This document shows positions 57,579 to 64,000 of a stretch of DNA of 64,000 nt, piece by piece. The stretch lies in the sequence record NC_028950.1; one strand, 5' to 3'. The notes below the pieces were generated by a model that saw only the letters and a list, made by a program, of their open reading frames with translations, was not told the DNA's origin and did not search any database. The translations under genes and the position numbers were made by a program. Numbering within the stretch: position 1 is the first letter of the stretch; each line of letters opens with the position of its first letter.

Positions 57579-59855
57579 TTAAGCAGCGGTCGTCGTGCTC
57601 GTCGAGCCGTTCGCGTTGGTGGTCGTCACGGTCGTCGAGTCCACGAACTGAGTTGCGTTCGTGACCTTGATACCGAGGACAGCCTGCTGCGACAGCGCTT
57701 CTTGCAGGTTCGTCACGGTCAGCACGCCGAGGATCGGGCAGAGCGGGATGTGACGGAACGACGGGTGAACGATCAGTTCACGCGAGTGGCTGGTACGCGA
57801 GAGGTTCAGCGCAGCGACGACTTCCGGCTTGTTCAACATCATGCCGTGGTCGAGCGGGTGCGGAACGCCCGGGTTCTGGCTCGGGTAAGCCAGCGCGATG
57901 AAGATCTTGCCACGCACGCGGCTGTCCGGCGTCCATGCCTTCTCGTACGTGAAGTCGGGACCCATCGTACGCGTGTCGCCTTCGACCATCAGGTATTGCG
58001 TCAGGACCATGTCGGTACCGAGCAGGACCTTCGGCAGTTGCGCTTCGGTGCCTTCCAGCAGGTTGGCAGCGGCTTGCCAGTTCGACAGCTGCCACAGCTT
58101 GTAGGCCATGATCTTGCAGGTGTCGGTCAGGATTGCCGTGATGTCCGCGTAGCGCTCGTGCTGAGCGGTCGTCGTGACGGCCGTCAACAGGTCGACTTCG
58201 ACTTCTTGCAGGACCGGCTCGATCAGGTACGACGAGATGCCCATGATCTCCGGCTGGCGGCCGATGATGTCCGAGCGCTTCGCGTACTGACGCAGCGAGT
58301 CGACTTCCGACAGCAGTTGCGTCACAGCCAGGTTCGACTGACGGACCTTGCACAGGTACGACAGAGCAGCTGCGTGCAGTGCGTCTTGCGCATCGCCGTT
58401 GGTGATCGGACGTTGCACCGACAGCGGGCTGCCGAGCGAAACGCCGTAGATCTGGCGATACGTGTTGAAGTCAGCCAGCTGGCCGAGTTCACGCAAGTTG
58501 CTGTTCACGCGACGAACGTCGATGTCCACGCCGATGATCTTGCCGCCTTGCAGCAGGTTGACCATTGCAGCTTGACCAGCGTCGGTCACGTCGAGCGACG
58601 TACCGTTGATGTTCTTGATCGTGTTGACGACGATCGAACCCGTGATGATTTCGTAGGACGAATCTTGCAGGTTGATGTCACCGCGGACCGAGAACGACAG
58701 CCATGCCGTGTTTGCCGAGTCGCCTTCGAAGGCGGTCAGCAGCGTCGAAGCAGCGTTGTTGAACAGCTTCGTGTTCGGACCCACCACGGCCGAGTCGGTC
58801 GTGAATTGCAGGTCCATGCGGCGCGTCTGGCCTTGCAGCGCTTCCGTGAACTGGTTCAGCGGGCTGTTGGCCGTGTCGAAACGGACCACTTCCTTGGTCG
58901 AGCCGTCAGCGTTCGAGAACATGACGTACACGCCCTTCAGGACGGCACCCGGATCCAGCGCGTCGGTCTGGTCCAGCACGCCCTTCGCGAGTTGCGTGTC
59001 GGTCAGAGCCAGGCGGAACAGCGACGTACGGTAGTTCGTCTTCAGCGGAGCCGTCTGGATGCTTTCGCCTTCGTCGGTCACTGCCGGGTACGGTGCGACC
59101 AGCGCCGGATCGACGAAGGCGTCGGCCGTCTGAGCGCGCACGACCGGGATGATCTTCAGCGTGTCGTTCTTCAGGATCGTCGCGTCGATTTCAGCGTTGA
59201 CGATGTTGCGACGGTTGTAGTCCGTCAGGCGCTTTTCGAGCTCGTAGCGCACTTGATCGTACACGGAGATCAGCGGGATCTCCATTTCGATCGCGTACTG
59301 GTCCGGCGACAGGTTCACCGTCTTGTAGAACATTTCGCCGAAGCGGTTCTGCGTTGCGGTCGCGAGCGCGAAAGCTGCCGTGAAGTTCAGCGTTTCGTCG
59401 TTCGGCTTCGTGTCGTACGCTTCCATCGAGCGCTGACCGAGCTTGGCCGGATCCAGACCGCTGTTGTCGGGGATGAACACTTCGAAAGCGTTCGAGCCCT
59501 TGGCGCCCTTCATCGCCACGCGGCGTGCGAGCGAGTCCTTCGGTGCCATGGCCGACGCGAGTGCGAACGTCACGGCTTCTTGTTGCTGCGGGGTCACCTT
59601 GACGCCGAGCTTGGCGCCGTCCATCTTGAAGAACGATTCGACCGACGCCATGACGTTGGTCAGCATGCCGGAGGCAGCTTGTTCGATGTCGGGCGAGAAC
59701 GACTCGTTCGAGACGAGCGCTTTGCCGATTGCCGGGTCGTTGCGGAGATGGCCATCACGGCTCAGGTGTTCGACCATCTTGAACGCTGCGCCGGCAACAT
59801 TGATATGTTCCTGGTCAGCCTTCTTGGCGAACTTCGAAGTGGTCACGAAAGACAT
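57579..59855 (-). CDS. Major capsid protein (phiKZ gp120-like)
   Basis: 758 aa with the most extreme codon bias in the window; SMEAYD..N..LNF, Q..FGE.FY.TV..SPDQ, VRRVNSNLRE.GQL motifs; S-x-E protease sites. Confidence 0.88.
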   Translation of the reverse strand: MSFVTTSKFAKKADQEHINVAGAAFKMVEHLSRDGHLRNDPAIGKALVSNESFSPDIEQAASGMLTNVMASVESFFKMDGAKLGVKVTPQQQEAVTFALASAMAPKDSLARRVAMKGAKGSNAFEVFIPDNSGLDPAKLGQRSMEAYDTKPNDETLNFTAAFALATATQNRFGEMFYKTVNLSPDQYAIEMEIPLISVYDQVRYELEKRLTDYNRRNIVNAEIDATILKNDTLKIIPVVRAQTADAFVDPALVAPYPAVTDEGESIQTAPLKTNYRTSLFRLALTDTQLAKGVLDQTDALDPGAVLKGVYVMFSNADGSTKEVVRFDTANSPLNQFTEALQGQTRRMDLQFTTDSAVVGPNTKLFNNAASTLLTAFEGDSANTAWLSFSVRGDINLQDSSYEIITGSIVVNTIKNINGTSLDVTDAGQAAMVNLLQGGKIIGVDIDVRRVNSNLRELGQLADFNTYRQIYGVSLGSPLSVQRPITNGDAQDALHAAALSYLCKVRQSNLAVTQLLSEVDSLRQYAKRSDIIGRQPEIMGISSYLIEPVLQEVEVDLLTAVTTTAQHERYADITAILTDTCKIMAYKLWQLSNWQAAANLLEGTEAQLPKVLLGTDMVLTQYLMVEGDTRTMGPDFTYEKAWTPDSRVRGKIFIALAYPSQNPGVPHPLDHGMMLNKPEVVAALNLSRTSHSRELIVHPSFRHIPLCPILGVLTVTNLQEALSQQAVLGIKVTNATQFVDSTTVTTTNANGSTSTTTAA

Positions 59856-59964
59856 GTTGTATTACCTCTTATTCCTAGGAAAAAGGTTTTCTGGGAAAAC
59901 GAAAACTACGATTCTGTACAAAACCGGTTTTGGCAGTGTCCACCACCAAACTATTGAGACTGTT

Positions 59965-60606
59965 TTATTTCAAGAGATCCAGTTCGGTGAGATACCACTC
60001 GAACCAGTTCGTCTTGTGTACCACGTTCAAGTCGTAGTACTGCTGCAACTTCTCGACCACGGACCGCAGGATCGACAAGCGCAGTTCTTCTTTGCGGTTG
60101 AAAATCACCGGCGACAGAATTCCCTGATTGAGGGCCACAACAATCAGTTTGCTCGATGCCGAATAAACGCTATAAGATTGATGAAGATCAACCTTGTTAG
60201 CCGCGTCTTGCTTGAGGTGATCCAGAACATACTGGTTCACCAGCTTGGCGCTGTATTCTTTTTTGTCTGCGAGTTCGGAGATCTGATTCCTCGCATACTT
60301 ATCTGCTTCAGTTCCGTTGACGGACTGCCCGGCTTCTTCCGGGAAGAACCACAGGTAACCGAGACTCTTCGTGTACTTCTGGCGACGATCCGACACATGG
60401 GGGATCGTACCATTAGTCCAGAAAATGGAAAGACCATCACTGGAGAATGCATCCAGTGCAACCAGTTGTTCCTGAGTGAACCATTGGCGCATCAGGGAGA
60501 AGTTGAGGACATCCTCGATCTTGCCTTTCTTGGCAAGCTGCCGGTAAGCCCAGTCCGGAATCACCACGACCTGGTCACCAGGATTCACGTTCATGAACAA
60601 ACTCAT
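59965..60606 (-). CDS. Conserved hypothetical protein between MCP and helicase
   Basis: 213-aa ORF in the phiKZ-like syntenic position. Confidence 0.6.
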   Translation of the reverse strand: MSLFMNVNPGDQVVVIPDWAYRQLAKKGKIEDVLNFSLMRQWFTQEQLVALDAFSSDGLSIFWTNGTIPHVSDRRQKYTKSLGYLWFFPEEAGQSVNGTEADKYARNQISELADKKEYSAKLVNQYVLDHLKQDAANKVDLHQSYSVYSASSKLIVVALNQGILSPVIFNRKEELRLSILRSVVEKLQQYYDLNVVHKTNWFEWYLTELDLLK

Positions 60607-60705
60607 GCTCTTCGCCTTTATCCGGTATGAAAATAAAATAAAAAAGTTGCCTGTTCTTATTTGAACGCTGCAACAGAAATCCTACCAATCCAGCAGGTCT
60701 AGACA

Positions 60706-62229
60706 ATGACCCCAAGACTTCTTCTTCTTAAGATCATCACGCTGCTGCACCTCGAATCACAGATTGAAGGTGAGAATGCGCGATCGTCTGACTTGGCCAC
60801 CAGCCTGCTCGCCACCGTCAAAATTCCTGAGGCCGACGTGGGCCTCATAGACAGTGAACGAGAGATTATTGGCTCGCTCTACAACATATGTCGCAAACTC
60901 GCCAATGCTCCGGTAGGCGATGAAATGGACAAATCGGACCTCTTGCAAGAAGTCCGGTTGCATTGCGGCACAGAGATCGACTTGTTCGAATCCTTCAAGG
61001 AAGGAATCGTTCTTGAACTATCACAAGATGGTCTCAAAAAGCGCGTCAATCATATTCGAAAAGAGCTCAAATCGTATCTTCATTATGAGGGTACGAAAAA
61101 GCGTATTTTCGATGTGGCTCACACGCTGCGCTTTAAGGAGAATTCGATTGAAGATATGGACACGTATCTTCGCGAGTTCTCCACAGACATTGAATCGTCG
61201 CTGAGTAAATCCAGTAAACAGGATGAAGCTATTCTTGGCACGATCGACATGGGCGATAAAGAGACAGTCGTTAAAGCAGCTTGCGCCGTGTCAGATGAGC
61301 AATCGGGGGCCGGTAAGCTCAAGACGCACTTGCAAGATCTGAACGACATGTTTAACGGCGGTGTTCGTCGTGGTGAATTCGTCTGTAGTTCGGCTCTGCC
61401 GCACAATAACAAGACGGGTTTCTCGCTGGACATCTTCGCAGGCATTGCTCGTAACAACGATCCGTATCTGTTTGATCCGAAGAAGAAGCCTTTGCTTCTG
61501 CGCATCTCGTTCGAAGATGACGTCGAAATGAACTTTAACCATCTCTACAAGCACTTCTGGGAACAGGAGTACGGTGAGGTGGCAGTCATGGTCGGCAAGT
61601 CGGAAGACGAAATCGCTCAGTACGTCATGGACAAGATGACGGAGAAGGGCTGGCACGTACGTATGTACAAGGTCGATCCGTCTCTCTGGACGATCTTCGA
61701 CTTGTTTGCATTTGTTCGCGATCTGGAATCGCAGGGCTACGAAATTGCTCTGTGTATGCTGGACTACATGCGTAAGATGCCGACTACGGGCTGCGTACAG
61801 GGCATTGCAGGCGCTGACGTGCGTGATATGGCTCGTCGTTGCCGTAACTTCTTCAATGCCCGTAAAACGGCTTTCTGGACGCCGCATCAGATCTCGACGC
61901 AGGCTAAGGAAATCCAACGCTCGGTACCGAAAGACTTCGTCAAGATGTTGCCTGGTGGTGGTTACTACGACGGTTGTAAGAGTCTGGATGCCGAGATCGA
62001 CATTGAGTTGTTCCAGCACATCGAGAAGCACAATGGTCATTCGTATCTGACGCTGCATCGCGGCAAGCATCGCGGCGCACCTGTGCTGGCAGAAGAACTG
62101 AAGTATCTCGTCTATCAATTCTACGACATCGGTGGCATTCCTCCTGACTTTGGTGGAGAGCGTTCTGGTCTTCGTAAGGTTGGTGGCAAGCGTGCTTCGG
62201 AAGCTGAAACCGATTTCGATTGGCTTTAA
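60706..62229 (+). CDS. dnaB: DnaB-like replicative helicase (phiKZ gp118-like)
   Basis: GGVRRGE, ALPHNNKTG (Walker A variant), ISFEDD, MLDYM, TPHQIS, RGKHRG. Confidence 0.85.
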   Translation: MTPRLLLLKIITLLHLESQIEGENARSSDLATSLLATVKIPEADVGLIDSEREIIGSLYNICRKLANAPVGDEMDKSDLLQEVRLHCGTEIDLFESFKEGIVLELSQDGLKKRVNHIRKELKSYLHYEGTKKRIFDVAHTLRFKENSIEDMDTYLREFSTDIESSLSKSSKQDEAILGTIDMGDKETVVKAACAVSDEQSGAGKLKTHLQDLNDMFNGGVRRGEFVCSSALPHNNKTGFSLDIFAGIARNNDPYLFDPKKKPLLLRISFEDDVEMNFNHLYKHFWEQEYGEVAVMVGKSEDEIAQYVMDKMTEKGWHVRMYKVDPSLWTIFDLFAFVRDLESQGYEIALCMLDYMRKMPTTGCVQGIAGADVRDMARRCRNFFNARKTAFWTPHQISTQAKEIQRSVPKDFVKMLPGGGYYDGCKSLDAEIDIELFQHIEKHNGHSYLTLHRGKHRGAPVLAEELKYLVYQFYDIGGIPPDFGGERSGLRKVGGKRASEAETDFDWL

Positions 62230-62247
62230 AGCAAAAAAAATAAGAGT

Positions 62248-62271
62248 CCCTACTCCCTTGCGGGAGTAGGG
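62248..62271. terminator. Hairpin between convergent genes
   Basis: CCCTACTCCC-ttgc-GGGAGTAGGG preceded by an A-run. Confidence 0.7.
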
Positions 62272-62291
62272 TGCTCTGACTTTATGCCGTC

Positions 62292-62636
62292 TTAGACATT
62301 CGGCAATTTGACTGCTTTCACCGAGCCATGATCGAACAGAAAGTAATGCTTTTCACGAACGAGCTTGTAGAAGTCGTCAGTCAGCGTATAAGTCTTGTCG
62401 GCTTTCAACTCAATGATGTCGTTCGCGATCAGCCAGTCCAACCAGATATCAACCACGATCGGATCGAGATCACGTTCCCGGTATTCAGCCACCAAGCTTT
62501 CCATCGTTGCTGGTTTCGTGAAAATGATGTACCGGATCAGACGGAGCTTGTGATCTTCGGGTTTCAACTCACGGCCGTAACGAATACAGTCTTCGGCCAA
62601 CTCGACGATTGTCGGGTGCTCTTTATTCAGAGACAT
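62292..62636 (-). CDS. Small winged-helix-like protein
   Basis: PATMESLV...DIWLDWLIANDIIELKADKTYTLT pattern. Confidence 0.55.
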   Translation of the reverse strand: MSLNKEHPTIVELAEDCIRYGRELKPEDHKLRLIRYIIFTKPATMESLVAEYRERDLDPIVVDIWLDWLIANDIIELKADKTYTLTDDFYKLVREKHYFLFDHGSVKAVKLPNV

Positions 62637-63024
62637 TGTTCACCTGTGCGGAAGCAGAGGTTGCGGGCTCGACAGGTTGGAGATACTCGCCGATGAGTTC
62701 CATCATGCTGTCTGTCAGCACGTATCCCTTCTTGGTCGGATGGGCTACGCCGTCCACGTGCAGATCCACCAACAGATTGCTGATGTTCATCTGCGGCATG
62801 AAGACGTTCGCTTCACGCAGCTTCTTGAGCAGCAGGTTTTCGTTGATGGGTTTGTTTTCGCCGAGATACAGCGTACGGACGATGAAGCCGGAAGCCGTGA
62901 TGTTCGCGTGACCACCATAACCTTCGATGGTCTTCGTCTCGACGGATTCCTTGCTACGAAAGCATGATGCCGCCATGGACTGGATCCGACGGAAGCCCTT
63001 GGCGTTTCGATCGATTTTTAGCAT
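62623..63024 (-). CDS. Small winged-helix-like protein
   Basis: PINENLL...NISNLLVDLHVDGVAHPTKKGYVLT pattern; start probably ATG 63024. Confidence 0.5.
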   Translation of the reverse strand: MLKIDRNAKGFRRIQSMAASCFRSKESVETKTIEGYGGHANITASGFIVRTLYLGENKPINENLLLKKLREANVFMPQMNISNLLVDLHVDGVAHPTKKGYVLTDSMMELIGEYLQPVEPATSASAQVNNVSE

Positions 63025-63352
63025 TTTTAATTGCCACCTCAAAAATAAGTTCTTTCATGTCAGATGTAAGTCTGAGCATGTTTCTCGGAAGAGACTGCAC
63101 CACACCATGTTCTGCTAGAAACCGAGCTACTTTCTTTACATTGTAGTCGGTTGCACTGAAATACTTTTCATGCCTCAGATCGGCAGCAATCTGAATGTAA
63201 CTATGCGGTACGTCGGACGAGAGAACCAGTTTCCTTATTACCAGGACACAGAGTCGGTCCTGAAAGCCTTCTACCATTGTTGCTTGTTGAGCCAAGTCGC
63301 GCATCTGCGCGTCTGCCTTATTCAGCTTAGGTTGTTCTTTCAGGGCCGACAT
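62954..63352 (-). CDS. Small winged-helix-like protein
   Basis: PHSYIQIAADL...VKKVARFLAEHGVVQSLPRNMLRLT; start probably ATG 63352 (AGGAG RBS). Confidence 0.55.
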   Translation of the reverse strand: MSALKEQPKLNKADAQMRDLAQQATMVEGFQDRLCVLVIRKLVLSSDVPHSYIQIAADLRHEKYFSATDYNVKKVARFLAEHGVVQSLPRNMLRLTSDMKELIFEVAIKNAKNRSKRQGLPSDPVHGGIMLS

Positions 63353-63360
63353 GGCCTCTC

Positions 63361-63690
63361 CTAATGTTTGGTCATCGTCTGGCTCAAAATCAGATCGATG
63401 ATGGACGTCATCTCCGGATGGAGCCGATACGACACGTTCGGAAACGACGTCTTGGTTGCGAGGATTCCCTTCTGCAACAGATCCGTACATGCGTCACGCA
63501 ACATGTCGGTCGTATGAATGCTGTCACATCCATAGATGCCGAACGCCATGTCTTGCAACGACTTGGGTTCGCCATTCTTGTCCTTCAGGTAAAACACTAC
63601 CTTGTGCTGAGTATCCCAGCTGTCTTGCGGCTTTGCTGCGATGATGACGACTTCTGCCATCTGGCGACGCCACATTTGTTGTGCTGTCAT
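63361..63690 (-). CDS. Small winged-helix-like protein
   Basis: PKSLQDMA...LRDACTDLLQKGILAT...SYRLHP. Confidence 0.55.
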   Translation of the reverse strand: MTAQQMWRRQMAEVVIIAAKPQDSWDTQHKVVFYLKDKNGEPKSLQDMAFGIYGCDSIHTTDMLRDACTDLLQKGILATKTSFPNVSYRLHPEMTSIIDLILSQTMTKH

Positions 63691-63699
63691 TTTGTCCTC

Positions 63700-64000
63700 T
63701 TATTCAAAAGCTTTCTGTTGTTTGAGGGTTTCGTAGAGATCGAGCGCTTCCTTCTTGGAGAGCTTGATCACGCCGACGTAGATATATTCGAGATGCTTCT
63801 GCGTCTCGAACAACCACAAAACATTCTTGTAAAAACCATGCAACTCGGCGAGAGTCACATCCATGCCCTTGATCTGGATACTGACTTTGATCAGATCGTG
63901 TTTCTTGTCTGCCAGAGCCTGACGAGCGGTCTTGCCTTGTTTCTCCGATACCAGGCTCACGAAGTCCAGAGACGGCTGATAGTAGATCCTCGTCTTGAAC
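63700..64000 (-). CDS. Hypothetical protein, 5' end beyond the window edge (partial)
   Basis: The frame stays open past the GTG at 63960 to the edge (FKTRIYYQPSLDFVSLVSEKQG...). Confidence 0.55.
   Translation of the reverse strand, partial: FKTRIYYQPSLDFVSLVSEKQGKTARQALADKKHDLIKVSIQIKGMDVTLAELHGFYKNVLWLFETQKHLEYIYVGVIKLSKKEALDLYETLKQQKAFE

Noticed and set aside
57702-59957. Very long opposite-strand ORFs (751 aa here; also 43523-46168, 48800-51040, 52397-54529, 10878-12719, 25862-27283, 32161-34734)
   Set aside because: They lie exactly antisense to real genes with strong C/G-ending codon bias, which suppresses stop codons on the reverse strand. The translations are V/R/D/H-rich with no recognisable motifs.
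61390-61420. Non-canonical Walker A (ALPHNNKT) in the helicase
   Set aside because: To my knowledge this variant is typical of phiKZ-family DnaB-like helicases, so it is not evidence of inactivation.

Overview
This window is 64 kb of a phiKZ-like (Chimalliviridae-type) jumbo phage genome. The assignment rests on recognisable phiKZ-family core genes: major capsid protein, portal, a split non-virion RNA polymerase beta fragment, a DnaB-like helicase, an SbcC-like ATPase, a gp5-like spike, and baseplate and tail-fibre proteins. It also carries nucleotide and replication genes (nrdA with a mini-intein, nrdB, nrdH-like glutaredoxin, two DHFRs, NAD-dependent ligase, RuvC) and lysis genes (muramidase endolysin, two-component spanin, possible holin). 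The C/G-ending codon bias would fit a betaproteobacterial host such as Ralstonia or Burkholderia, but that is inference only. The standout region is a ~12.5 kb same-strand cluster (10409-22890) placed between tail-fibre genes. It encodes five radical SAM proteins with C-terminal Cys clusters, a JmjC-like cupin, four 2OG-Fe(II) oxygenases, two DHFR homologues and three unknown proteins. It also encodes a 186-aa fibre-like protein whose only cysteines lie in a terminal CHSSCHTSCHGSRGRR motif, so the cluster is a candidate RiPP-like system for modifying a phage protein after translation. Other notable structure: duplicated divergent lectin/fibre cassettes with shared N-terminal peptides, a family of long perfect hairpins at gene-block borders, a CYTH-like putative head protein, and a tandem array of winged-helix-like genes. 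No tRNA, rRNA or CRISPR array was seen. All family assignments come from motif recognition by eye, with no database searches.
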